From: Eledone cirrhosa
Lineage: Eukaryota
Length of the DNA: 64,000 nucleotides
Assembly (NCBI GenBank): GCA_964016885.1
Contig: OZ024752.1
Span: forward strand, 17,174,001 to 17,238,000
Direction: 5' to 3'
Positions 14,000 to 26,458 of the stretch are shown here, in pieces. Every line of letters starts with the position of its first letter. Position 1 is the first letter of the stretch. The position numbers and the translations under genes are program-made. The notes below the pieces were generated by a model that saw only the letters and a program-made list of their open reading frames with translations, searched no databases and was not told where the DNA came from.

Positions 14000-16900
14000 G
14001 TCCTGGGTATGACATTAAACTACATCTAGTGGCAAGGCTCCAGTTCGGGAGTTCAGGAGATGTGGGGAATGTGGAGTTACCCCTTAGTTGTCATGACTCC
14101 CAGGTCTGCCCTGGCCCGGGGTGGTAGTACCTGTTAGGGCTCCATTTATGGGTTAAATAACTACCTTATTCGAGTGGCGCCGGTAAGGTATTGTCAGCCA
14201 TTGAAAAGAAATATGGAGAGTCGATCTAACAGCACTAGGGTTAGAGCCCCTAATTACACTGTCAAGGAGCAGCCTGGTCGTTATGACTCTGCTGGCTTAG
14301 AGCCACAGAGAGGGCCAGTGGATGATGGATCAGCTGTCCCTGAGACAAATATAAAGAATGCAGTTTTGTCCTGCAGAAGAGCCATCAAAATGGGCACTTT
14401 GAATGTGAGGACTATTCGAACGCTGGAGAAGAGAGAGGAGTTGGGACATCTGTTCGAGGAGAGTGGTATACAGATACTTGCGATCCAAGAACACAGGATT
14501 CTACACGATGAGCCCGTGAGGAGTGTGATGATCGGGAGGAAGAACCAGCTCATCACTACATCGGCAGTGAAGAACACAACAAATGCTGCAGTAGGAGGAG
14601 TGGGTTTTGTGTTCAGTGCAAAAACCAATCTGTTGGTGAGGGAAATAATGCCTATCTCCCCGCGAGTGTTGAGGGTGACCTTCAATGGAAACCCAAGACT
14701 GACAGTCATCTCAGCCTATAGTCCAACCGAGGGGGACAGTGATGTGAATGCCGAGGAGTTTCATGAGGAGGTGTGTAGAGCTGTCAACACCACTCAGGCA
14801 CACAATATCCTGCTTGTTTTGGGGGACTTCAATGCACATCTGAGTAAGGAGGGCAGTGAAGATCCTTGCTGGTACGTCCATAACAACACCAACCGAAATG
14901 GAAGACTACTGAGAGACACCCTGCTGGAGGCGAACTTGATGGCGACCAACCTAGGGTTTAGGAAGAATCTGGGGGAAGATGTGGACCTACATCTCAGATA
15001 TGCACCTGTCCAAGTCCCAGATTGATTTCATTCTGGTGAGGAAAAAGTGGCGGAATAGTGTTCTGAACACGGAACCATATAGCTATTTCAGTACACTGGG
15101 TAGTGACCACCGGCTTGTTATGAGTGAGGTCCGCGTGAGCTTAAGAAAGAGCAAGGCTCAGCCCCGGAGAACAATCTATGACTGGGGAGCTTTCAAGGAA
15201 GATGATAAGCTACAGGAGAGGTTCACAGTGGAAGTGAGAAACAGGTTTAGTGCTCTGTGTGGAGAGTCAGAGGAGAGAGAGATTGGATGGACTGAGGAGA
15301 GTGTGACGAGGAGGTACGGGCACTTCACCAATGCAGTGGCGAAAGCAAGTGAAACCCTGGTGCCGAGGAAAAAGAACAAAGGGAAGCACGTCAGCTCTGC
15401 AAACCCAAAAGTGTGTGCAGCCAGAGAACACCTGAAAGCTGCCAGGGACCAATTCTATGCTGATCCTACGGAGGAGAGGATGGAGACTGTGGAGGTGATG
15501 AGGGAGGAGCTCTGTGCCGCTTGCACTGAGGTCAGAGAGGAGGCACTGATAGAGAAGATCAGAAGTGTGGAGAGAGCGGTTGACAGATCTGGATGTAAGG
15601 AGAGCTGGATGATCATCAACGAGATCACAGGGAGGAAGAAAAGGTGTTCGAGTCAGATCCAGGGAACGGGGCCCGAGGATAGGAAGAGGAAATGGCTAGA
15701 CCATTTTAGGACCCTACTAGGAGAGCCACCGTCCACAGCTCAGAGCACTGGGGATATCAGGCGGCTGTTTGAGGAACTGGATGTTGAGACAGAGCCCTTC
15801 ACCAGAGAGGAGCTTCAGAGAGCCAGGAGGAAGATCAAGGAGGGCAAGGCTCATGGAGAAGATGGAGTGGCATCAGAGGTGATGAAGAGGTGTGATTTTG
15901 ATGATATCATCCTGGGGTTCTGTAACGGGGCACTGGAGAAAGGAGTTGCCCCGAATCAGTGGAGGATCAGTGGCATCGTCCCAGTGCCAAAGAAGGGAGA
16001 TCTCTCTGGCACCAACAACTACCGGGGGATCTCACTGACGTCACTTGTGGCAAAGACCCTCAACAGGATGATTCTTAACAGGATCCAGCCTGAGATGGAG
16101 AAGAAGCTCAGGGACAACCAGAACGGCTTCAGAGAGGGTAGATCAACCACCAGTCACATCCTGATGCTGAGGAGGATATTAGAGGGAGCTAGAGCAAAGT
16201 GCCTTCCTGCGGTCATGGTTTTCATTGACTTTAGGAAGGCCTTTGATTCTGTGGACCGTTACTGCCTGATGAAGATCTTACAGGCTTATGGAATCCCCAA
16301 GAGGATAGTGGACCTGATATCATTGCTCTACACCAACACCAAAGCCCAAGTCATTACACCTGATGGGATGACAGAGTTCTTTGAGATACTGGCTGGAGTG
16401 CTCCAGGGAGATACATTGGCTCCCTACCTTTTTATCATCGTAGTGGACTATTGTATGCGCCTTGCACTGGAGAAACACCAGGACTCTGGCTTTATTGTAG
16501 CACCGGCTCAGAGCAGGAGAGTTGGGGCGAAAAAGGTATCGGATGCTGAATTTGCCTACGACATAATTTTGGTGACAAATACAGTGAAGGAGGCAGAGGA
16601 TTTGATGCGGGAGGTTGAGACTGTGTCGATGAGTGTGGGGCTGAGAATGAATGAGACTAAAACAAAATATCTGGTAGAGAATGTTGAGAAGCCAGAGGGG
16701 ATCACTAATGTAGGCGGGAAGCCGCTGGAATTGGTTGAGGACTTCCTGTATTTGGGAGCAAAGATTGGGAATGCGGAGGATGATGTGGTTGAGAGGAAGA
16801 GCAAGGCCTGGGCGGCGTGTCACAGCTTGAGATCGGTGTGGAAGTCGGACCTTCGTAGAGACCTGAAAATCCGCCTCTTCATTGCTGTAGTGGAGTCTGT

Positions 16901-17307
16901 GCTGCTGTATGGGTCTGAGACTTGGACACTGACCAAAAGACTCACTCAGATGGTGGATGGGTGCTACACGAGAATGCTGAGGATGGCTCTGAACATTAAT
17001 CAGTATACACTGAGGATGAAAAACTCAGAGCTGTATGGGAGCATCCCAAAAGTCAGCTCAAAAGTGACACAGAGAAGACTGAGGTTGGCTGGACATGCTC
17101 ACCGACATCCAGAGTTGACATTGCACTCAGTGCTCCTTTGGGAGCCCCTACATGGACACACTAGAAGAGGAAGACCAAGGTTAACATATGTTGATGCCCT
17201 AAGGACAGACACTGGTTTGTTGGAGATGCAGGATATGGCAGCGATAATGAGGGACAGAGACCGCTGGAGAGAACTCGTCCATGGATCTCGGGAATTTTAC
17301 CCGCCTT

Positions 17308-17309
<2 letters not shown>
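14000..17309 (+). mobile_element. Near full-length RTE-like LINE (APE + RT), with one frameshift and a mutated catalytic motif
   Basis: ORF 14174-15025 (GTLNVRT, IQEHR, LGDFNAH) and ORF 14979-17309 (SDHR, DFRKAFD, LQGDTLAP, FAYD in place of FADD, LYGSETW). Frameshift near the G-run at ~14970. The stop codon abuts (TA)n. Confidence 0.9.
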
Positions 17310-17354
<45 letters not shown>

Positions 17355-17356
<2 letters not shown>

Positions 17357-19211
17357 CGATGAATTAGTTTTGCGAGGTTTTTATATGAAATCGTGTGTCG
17401 AAACAAATATTGTTATACTTGGGGAGGGTCATATTTGTGTAATATTGCCAGAATTAATAACAGAACACATTCACTGTTTGGTTGGTTTTCGCTTTTCGCT
17501 TCTCTGTCTTTTATATCGGTAATCTAATTTATTCGGTCCTCAATGTTGCCATTGACTGACCAACGGTCAAAAATAATACAGATACAATATAGACACAAAC
17601 ACATATATATAGTTTATCAAAGTTCTTTCGTTGCACATCTGCAACATCGTCAGTGGTGCTATTGTTTCCTCCCGTTACATTGTATGTCTACGCCATCTTT
17701 ATTTAGTCTGTTTATATATTTATTTATTTATTTGTTTGTTTGTTTATTTTATTTTGTCTTCTTTGCGCATGCGTTTGCGTGTGTGTATAGTGTTTTGTTT
17801 GATGTGTGTTCGTGATTGGGTGACTGTGTATCGGTTAATGTATTCTATCTTTACTAGTGTGTGTTTATATGTGTTTGTTATTATTGTGCTTGTGTATGTA
17901 TTTATTTATTTATTTATCTATTTATTTATTTATTTATGCTTCTCTTAGGTCAGTGTTGTTTGTTTGGGTGTTGTTGTTATTCCATTCATTCTTTCTGTTT
18001 AGTTTTGGCCTTCTAAGTTCTATTTCACTGGCCTCTCTGATTTGCCTATCTGCTGGGTCATTTCTATGTTTAGATATTATTCTAATTTCTATGTTGTCTA
18101 TGTTACCGTCGTGTTGTTGTCTGGCATGTTCGTATAGTACTGACCCGTTTTTTCGTCCTTTTAGTTCCCCCCAGTGTTGGTCTATCCTTTCACCTATGCT
18201 ACGAGCTGTCTCGCCTATGTATGTTGTTATCATGTTTCTGCAAGTACCCTCTGTACATCTTATGCTATAGACTACGTTTCTAGTTTTACAGTTTATCCGG
18301 GGGTTTACCTTACATATGATACATTTCCTATTAGTACAGTGGGTTTTCTTAAAAGGGTAGGTTTTGCTGATCAGGGATTTTATGGTAGTTTCTGGCTTTT
18401 CTACCACCTTAATCTTTAAGTGGGTCTTTCTCAGGGCCTTTCTACACTGGTTAGCTAATTTCCCTCCAGGGGTAGCGTCAACAAACATGACACTCTGGTA
18501 TCTCTGGTTGTCGTACCATGAGGTGGCTTTCCCTATCTTATGTCTAGCCCTATCTAAGCAATTCCATGATTTGCTCCTGTATAATGGGCAAATTCCTTTC
18601 ATGTCCAGTTCTATGAGGGTCTTATACTTCTCCATGGCTCCTTCGTATACTCTGACTCTGTCTCTTTGGTTGTAGCCAGAGAACTGCATGCGGTTGATGA
18701 AGTGTTGGATGTGTCTTTCCATTTCTGTTGGGTCGCACATGCGGGACACATTCTTCATCACTCGTACCAAATCTGCGATCAGAATATTAAACTTAGCACT
18801 ACTGGACATTGCTGAGTTTTTGAGTATCAGGTATTTGGAGGCCATGGGTTTAGCATAGTGTGAGTGGAGAATTTGGGCTCTCTCGTCTATAGTGTTAATC
18901 CAGAGTTCCGTGTCTAATACAGGTAGTCTATTGTTAGGGTGTTTGGAAGGGTAGTCGATAGTTACAGTTATACTCTGGTGTATGGAATTAGCTATCTGCT
19001 GGATGCTTTCCATTGTGCTACGTTCTAAATCAAACTTGTTAGTGCTCTCTAGTGAGGATGTTCTTATAACTATATTGATATCGTCTACGTAACGAGAGTA
19101 CATGATGAGGTCTATGGAGCTCTCATTAAGGAGATCTTTAAGTCTCCTTTCCCACCATACCATAAAAAGGTTGGCAACATCACCAGCTATGCTGGTGATG
19201 TTACCAACGTT
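17355..19211 (-). mobile_element. Penelope-like element, 5'-truncated (RT C-terminal half + GIY-YIG endonuclease + 3' UTR)
   Basis: ORF 17934-19247: SRYVDDI, LPVLDTEL, a Cys-rich linker, and VVYSIRC...YIGETAR...R...H...E...LN (GIY-YIG). Confidence 0.9.
17616..17657 (-). ncRNA. Minimal hammerhead motif in the Penelope 3' UTR
   Basis: Reverse complement of 20009-20050. Confidence 0.55.
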
Positions 19212-20251
19212 GCTAACCAGTGTAGAAAGGCCCTGAGAAAGACCCACTTAAAGATTAAGGTGGTAGAAAAGCCAGAAACTACCATAAAATCCCTGATCAG
19301 CAAAACCTACCCTTTTAAGAAAACCCACTGTACTAATAGGAAATGTATCATATGTAAGGTAAACCCCCGGATAAACTGTAAAACTAGAAACGTAGTCTAT
19401 AGCATAAGATGTACAGAGGGTACTCGCAGAACATGACTACAACATACATAGGCGAGACAGCTCGTAGCATAGGTGAAAGGATAGACCAACACTGGGGGGA
19501 ACTAAAAGGACAAAAAAACGGGTCAGTACTATGCGAACATGCCAGACAACAACACGACGGTAACATAGACAACATAGAAATTAGAATAATATCTAAACAT
19601 AGAAATGACCCAGCAGATAGGCAAATCAGAGAGGCCAGTGAAATAGAACTTAGAAGGTCAAGACTAAACAGAAAGAATGAATGGAATAACTACAACACCC
19701 AAACAAACAACACTGACCTAAGAGAAGCATAAATAAATAAATAAATAGATAAATAAATAAATAAATACATACCCAAGCACAATAACAACAAACACATATA
19801 AACACACACTAGTAAAGATAGAATACATTAACCGATACACAGTCACCCAATCACGAACACACATCAAACAAAACACTATACACACACGCAAACGCATGCG
19901 CAAAGAAGACAAAATAAAATAAACAAACAAACAAATAAATAAATAAATATATAAACAGACTAAATAAAGATGGCGTAGACATACAATGTAACGGGAGGAA
20001 ACAATAGCACCACTGACGATGTTGCAGATGTGCAACGAAAGAACTTTGATAAACTATATATATGTGTTTGTGTCTATATTGTATCTGTATTATTTTTGAC
20101 CGTTGGTCAGTCAATGGCAACATTGAGGACCGAATCAATTAGATTACCGATATAAAAGACAGAGACGCGAAAAGCGAAAACCAACCAAACAGTGAGTGTG
20201 TTCTGTTATTAATTCTGGCAATATTACACAAATATGACCCTCCCCAAGTAT

Positions 20252-20259
<8 letters not shown>
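19212..20259 (+). mobile_element. Inverted duplicate of the Penelope 3' ~1.05 kb (GIY-YIG + 3' UTR)
   Basis: Near-identical reverse complement of 17407-18455. ORF 19409-19732 repeats the YIGETARS..LNRKNEW segment, with a 1-nt deletion upstream. Confidence 0.9.
20009..20050 (+). ncRNA. Minimal hammerhead motif in the Penelope 3' UTR
   Basis: ACCA-CTGACGA-T-GTTGCA-GATG-TGCAAC-GAAAG-AA-CTT-TGAT. Stem I is weak. Confidence 0.55.
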
Positions 20260-20300
<41 letters not shown>

Positions 20301-20639
20301 CCTTGTCTACATTCTAACTAAAATATACCATAATTTCCTTTGGTGGCGTGGGGTTTCACAGCCTTCCGGTATATAGCAGTGGCGTGGTTCGATTGCTACA
20401 GGTAATTCCCTGCACTATTTCCCCCCCTCAAAATATTTATATCCCCGTTTCTTTCCAACTATATTATTGTAAATATGTGTTGTAATGACTATTGCAAGAG
20501 GCAAAACATTCTGGCTGATTCGACACCCACGTGCTTTTTCTAAAAGACATTCCCCCCGCTCCTTTCTCTTCTCATACTATATGTTTCTACTTCTTTTATT
20601 CCTCATTCTATTTGTTGATGGAAATATTTTTCTCTATTC

Positions 20640-21210
20640 CTCTGTGAATATATCACACAGTAGCCAGTTCGTTATAAGATCAAGCAGGGATGTTCTAACA
20701 CAGTCCTCTCTCCGTTCAGGTATGGATTTACCTACCCAAGAAAGAGAGAAGCCTGATCATACTTCTGTTAATTGTTCTTCTACCAAACGTATTTTAGATA
20801 AAGCAGCTATGTCTATGTTCAACCTTCTAAGTTCTTTTGTAACAAGTGTAGTTGTACGCTCCGGACGTCCGGACGAGTTTCTATCCAGTTCTGTCCTAAC
20901 GTTCCAACAACAAATGTTGAGTTTGACTCGATCTTTCGAGTATTTTTTACATTTTGTTCTATTCTTATTTCTGCTCGAGTGAGGCAAAGTAAGTTCTGGG
21001 CGCCTGTGTGTAGACTTGTGACTATAAGCTTGCAACTGGTCAGGCGAAGAAAGATGTAAGAGACATCTGTATATCAGTATATTATAGTGGTAAACACTTG
21101 TACAACACAAGTAGCATTTGCTGAGTGTCCACAACTAGAGTCCAGTGACATGCCGAAACAAGATGACCGGGAGTTGCTTCTACGGCAGGTTTTAAGGAGT
21201 TTCCTTCTTA
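20640..21210 (-). mobile_element. RTE LINE 5' fragment (APE N-terminus), degraded
   Basis: LNICCWNVRTELDRNSSGRPERTTTLVTKELRRLNIDIAALS, homologous to ORF 6110-6637. Confidence 0.8.
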
Positions 21211-21215
21211 CTTAA

Positions 21216-21292
<77 letters not shown>

Positions 21293-21424
21293 TACTCATT
21301 CATACGTACACACATACACACACACGCTACTCACACACACACACTCATATTTAAATATTACAGTCATTATTAATACTATAATTGTGGCCGCTGTTGTCAC
21401 TGTTATTCTCTCTCTTTCATTCAC

Positions 21425-21670
21425 TGCCTCCGTCTCTCTCACTTTCCCCATATCTCACTATTATAAGCAAATAGGGACTCACGCTCTGGCCACCCCGCGA
21501 CCCCGGCGGACACAATAGAGAAGTCCTTTCCTCCGAATATGGTGAAGAAGACGCGTTGGAAGAGCCATTTCAGCTCGCGAAGTTTACACCTGTGGGCAGC
21601 GAACTCCATGCCGATAGTGGTGAGTAGGGTGGTGGTCATAGGGCCAAGGACACCAGAAGTCTCCACTCCT
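21425..21670 (-). mobile_element. CRE-like non-LTR retrotransposon 3' fragment
   Basis: VETSGVLGP...LKWLFQR, a diverged relative of 28530-29000. Confidence 0.65.
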
Positions 21671-23069
21671 AAATTGTATCTTGAGCACATTACGAAATGG
21701 AAGATTTAGAGCAGCTGTTCTCAAGTTGTTCTATTGCCCGTATCCCTTTTCTAAAATTTCAGTTTCTTTAAATCTATGATAACTAGATGGGAAAAATAAA
21801 CACATTCCCTATTCTGTCCACCGGAGCTGCGGATCAGCCTGCGCATGGGCCCCCATTTGCTTATAGTGAAAGATGAGGAGAGCGAGAAAGACGGAGGCAG
21901 TGAGTGAAAGAGAGAGGACATCAATACTTATTTATTTGTATTCATCAAATGACTACTACTAGAGAGAAAGTAAAAAATGTTCAAGACATGGAAATTTGTT
22001 GTTAAAAGCAACACGAATACTATTCTAAAGATCAATTAGATCAAGTGATGCCTGTGCGTGAAGCTTTTTAAAGTGAAGAAAAGCCTTGTAGTGGACCAAT
22101 CCCACTCTCTGAACAACGGTGACAGGTATCCAAGATGAACATGTCAACATCATACATACAATTATTAAATGTATGATAACTAGATCCGAAAAAGAAACAC
22201 AAGAGAAAATAAAATAGTTTATTTAAAAATACAAAATGTATAAAAGTATTTTTATTTGTCGTTATTTTTCTTGTCTTATTTTTGCTAAACAATGTTTAAG
22301 ACATGGGAATTTGTTGTTAAAGGCAACACGAATATTATTGTAAAGGTTTAAGTGGTTTCTAAACTTCGTTGTCTTATATAGAAAAGTTGAAAATCACAAC
22401 TCGCATAAACCCGTTGTAGCAAATGGAAGCGGAATCATTGCTGACCAAAACTGCTCAAATTAATTTTTATCCCAACTCAACTTTCATGACCTGTTTGACT
22501 CCTAGATCAATTAGATCTTCTTTAAATTCATTATCGTTCGATATTTTTTGTAAATCGAAGAGAAACGGACCAATAAGCCACTGTTCTGCTAGTTGTAGAG
22601 ATACTCCTGAAAAATACTCATGAAATGATTTGCACAGTATTTGAAGCTGTACAATAAATGTTCAGTGTTTAACTAGAATTGGTGAATTAAAAAGAATATT
22701 CCATCATCTTCATTTATTCAAGTGAAACCAAATTCATGATAGTCTTCATTGCATTTTCTCACTTTGGATATTGATATATTTAATTGTGACCTGGAATGCT
22801 AAAAAATATTAATTATTAAAGCGTAAAAAGATTTAATATTCAAAGTTTTTAACAATATAATTTTTATTAATTTAAATTCCATTTGCTTAAAGTTCATTTG
22901 GGTTCACAATTAAAACTTTAATCCCCAAGCTGAAATATACGCGGATAAAATTACATTTACTTTAGAGTTCAGTATATTATCTCTAATATTTCGGTGAAAA
23001 GATACAAACCACAATTGAAAAGTATTCAACACCTATCAATTGGTTGCTTAGGGTTGACCTATTTTACAA

Positions 23070-23235
23070 TAATTGTTTCTACTTTTGGCACAAGGCCAGC
23101 AATTATCCAGTGTATTACTGGTACTTTATTTTATCGACTCCGTAAGGATGAAAGGCAAAGTTAACCTCGGCGGGATTTGAACTCAGAATGGCAAGGGCCG
23201 TAACTCTATGCGTCAAAACATGGCGTCCGACCCTA
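23070..23235 (-). mobile_element. tRNA-derived SINE
   Basis: Homologous to 6707-6892. Confidence 0.78.
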
Positions 23236-23726
23236 CAATAATATTAACCTTCCAGACAGGCTTCTTTCTAAACATTGCTCTGAATATTAATAGATTTAAT
23301 TAAAACTACACCCTATAATAAGGAAAACATTACGCATCAGGAAAGTTCGACTGGATTCACTCTTTCTCTGTGTATTCGTATCAGCTTCCAAAATTTATAG
23401 CTAAAAGGCTTATTCGTAAACATACCATATATCGCTAGATATACAAAATACACATACTTATATGTATACAACTATATTGCAGCGAACACCTTAATTAATA
23501 ATATAACTTTAATCGGATAAACATGAGCTTGTTTATTAGACTATATCTAATAAACATGTAGCTAAATTTTAATGTATTTGATTCTACTTTAAACACACTT
23601 TATCATAACATAGATCACATATATATATATATGATGACATATATTTCTATATATATTCGGATACCTAACGGGACCGAAGACCCCATATAGAGGGAATCAG
23701 TTCTCAACCAAGATATATTCACCAAC

Positions 23727-24205
23727 GAGATATGCCAATACGAACCCTTTTGAAATAATATAAGGATATGGCAGTTCTCCTAAAAATAAAAATCCTCACA
23801 ATATGAGAAAGTGTCAAATATTTTCGGAATTAAGAATTTCCGAAAATATCGAATTGAAAATAGCGAGTTTGGCTTATAACATCTACCTCCCTTCTTCTGA
23901 TTAGTGAATGCTAAAGCTGGCGCATTAGTGCACCAGCTCCTGCAATTCTTGCACTTAATTAAGCCTTAAAAAGTAAATTATAATGAGGTTAGGCCTAATA
24001 TTTAAATATTTTGAATTACATTCTAACTTCATTTAACACTCTACATACTAATTACAGACACTTTCTGGATTTATATTTTAACTTTCGGCTAACATGTTAA
24101 AATCCGAAAATATTTGACACTTTCTCATATTATGAATATTTTTATTTTTAAAAGAACTGCCTTATCCTTATATTATTTCAAAGGAGTTCGTTCTGGCATA
24201 TCTCG
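23727..24205. repeat. Imperfect ~100-bp inverted repeats around a ~275-bp spacer (MITE-like or fold-back)
   Basis: 23727-23828 (…GAGAAAGTGTCAAATATTTTCGGA) is the reverse complement of 24103-24205 (TCCGAAAATATTTGACACTTTCTC…). Confidence 0.65.
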
Positions 24206-24639
24206 TGAGAGAATATTTCTTAAAATGTTTAGAAGATTCAGACGTCGACTTAGTTGATAAGTTTTAAGAAGATCTAGTTAGAAAATTCACTTAACCGAGT
24301 CATAGAGAAGCCTGATAAAAACTAGATACGTCAGGTCAAAAACAGAAGAACTAAGTCCAAATATTTTGCCAGACTAAATCCTAGCCAGAAAACCCTCTAA
24401 TTATAAGATTTTCAATCGGAAAATTAGGGAATTGGGGTATTTAAGATGTATGTGTCTAACTTACATGCTGGTGTATGTCTGCATCTTATTGAAAGCCCAT
24501 GATAGGGAGGTATTACATCTTTAAAGTTATGGAGGAAGGGACCCAAAAGGGTGTCATACTCCATAGTATATACATAGGTATCTGTTGGACCACTATCGTT
24601 TTCGACGGTGAGTGATCAAGTTATTCGATCAATGGAGCA

Positions 24640-24640
<1 letters not shown>

Positions 24641-24670
<30 letters not shown>

Positions 24671-24841
24671 CTTCTTCTTCTTCTTCTTCTTCTTCTTCTT
24701 CTTCTTCTTCTTCTTCTTCTTCTTCTTCTTCTTCTTCTTCTTCTTCTTCTTCTTCTTCTTCTTCTTCTTCTTCTTCTTCTTCTTCTTCTTCTTCTTCTTC
24801 TTCTTCTTCTTCTTCTTCTTCTTCTTCTTCTTCTTCTTCTT
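24641..24841. repeat. Uninterrupted (CTT)n / (GAA)n tract, ~67 units
   Basis: Direct reading. Confidence 0.97.
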
Positions 24842-25290
24842 GAGAGGGTCGTCGAGGCAGAGTAATCAAACACTCCTTCCAGTGGTTCTGTCAGAAGCAA
24901 CCATTTCCCGTTGCTCCGGCTGGATCCCCAAGCGAGACTAACCAAGCTCATGGTTGTTATCCAACCATCTTACTCGGGGTCTACCTCTGTGTCTTCTGCC
25001 GATTGGTTTTTGCCCTAAAATCTGTCCAGCGATTATTTGCTGATACATTCTAACCACATGCCCACAGTATCGGATCGGTTATATCTCAATTCAGAGAAGT
25101 AGTGGCTCTACCTGGAGTGACTCTCTATCGAGTAAATGTTACTCCAAATACCTTTCGGGGGAACCTCGTTTCGGCTGCTTGTAACCGCAATCGTATTCTT
25201 TCGGTTATTACCAAGATTCATGACCATAGGTAAGGGTTAGCACGAATATCAAATTGAAGATAGTTGAGCTTTTACACCTACCTCTCTTCT
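24842..25290 (-). mobile_element. Degraded RTE-like LINE 3' end whose tail is the (GAA)n tract
   Basis: Minus-strand translation gives LTLTYGHESW..RLQAAETRF, typical of the post-RT region of RTE elements. Confidence 0.6.
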
Positions 25291-25765
25291 GATTACCGAA
25301 TGCTGAAGAGTAAATTATAATGAGGTTAGGCTTAATATTTAAATATTTAAAATTATATTCTAATTTCATTTAACACTCTACATACTAATTACAGACAACC
25401 TCTGGATTTATATTTTAACTGTTCGTTTTAGTGTTGATTCCTATTCCTTTGAAGACCATAAATATATATGGAGGAGAATGACTGATATAATCAATTATCG
25501 ATCGTCAAGATCCTAGACCTCAATCGCTTACTGAGTGGGATGGAGCTCGTCAAATCGAACTCGCAACCTCACGTTTGCGAATCCAATTCTCTAACCACTA
25601 AGCCACGCGCGTTCACTAATCAACTATACACAGTTATATTGGAGGATTTATTCTGTAAGGGTTTCTGATTTAGGCACAAGGCCAGAAATTTTGGAGTGGG
25701 AAAGTCGATTAAATTGACCCCAGTGCATTACTGATGCTTTATTTTATCGACCCCGTAAGGATGAA

Positions 25766-26140
25766 AGGAAGCCGTAGCTATGCAACGGCTTCCTAAAATC
25801 GTATTTCTTTAGAAATACGAAACTTCTATACATATTGTATAAAGCTATGCTTGAAGCGAAATCTTATTTCTTTTCTATTATATGTTGAGCCAACTTATGC
25901 AGCTTCATATGCAAATGAGATTAATCACCTCATTTACACAGACGAGAAAACTATATATTCTCGGTTGTTTTCAAGTCCAGCAGTCGCAAAGCGGTGGAGG
26001 GATCGTCCTGACGATGGCCAGTCAAGCCTGAAATGCATAGACAGTTGTCCCCCTTGCTTCTGCTGGACATCACCAGAGGGCGTTAGCATAGCTACGGCTT
26101 CCTAAAATCGTATTTCTTTAGAAATACGAAATTTCTATAC
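25766..26140 (+). mobile_element. Miniature hammerhead-containing element: ~309-bp unit with terminal direct repeat and short inverted 5' arm
   Basis: ACGGCTTCCTAAAATCGTATTTCTTTAGAAATACGAAA at 25785 and 26094. AGGAAGCCGTAGCTATGC (25766) is the reverse complement of GCATAGCTACGGCTTCCT (26086). Confidence 0.65.
26005..26042 (+). ncRNA. Minimal type I hammerhead motif
   Basis: GTC-CTGACGA-T-GGC-CAGTCAA-GCC-T-GAAAT-GC-ATA-GAC. Palindromic stem III ATGCAT. Confidence 0.65.
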
Positions 26141-26458
26141 ACACATATATATATGTGTGTGTGTGTATCTGTATGTGTGTATGTATGGTGATGGAGGTGT
26201 TGGTAGCTGTGGTAGTGGTGTGTGAGTGTATATATATATATATATATATATGTTTGTGTGTGTGTGTGGTGGGGGAGTATTTGTCGTATATGAGGTAACA
26301 GGTGTGATATGATAATTGGAAATCATTTGAAAATGTCAGGTCAAATTTTGATGACAAGATAGTGTGACATGCATATTTCATTGAACAGGTTAAGCAACAA
26401 GTCTTTGAAACCACAAAACACACTGAGTTTTTTGTTTCATAGACGTCATTTTGTTACT

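Noticed and set aside
24608-24951. Poly-L/F/R/E ORFs and the many YI, CV and HT repeat ORFs across the window
   Set aside because: These are translations of microsatellites.
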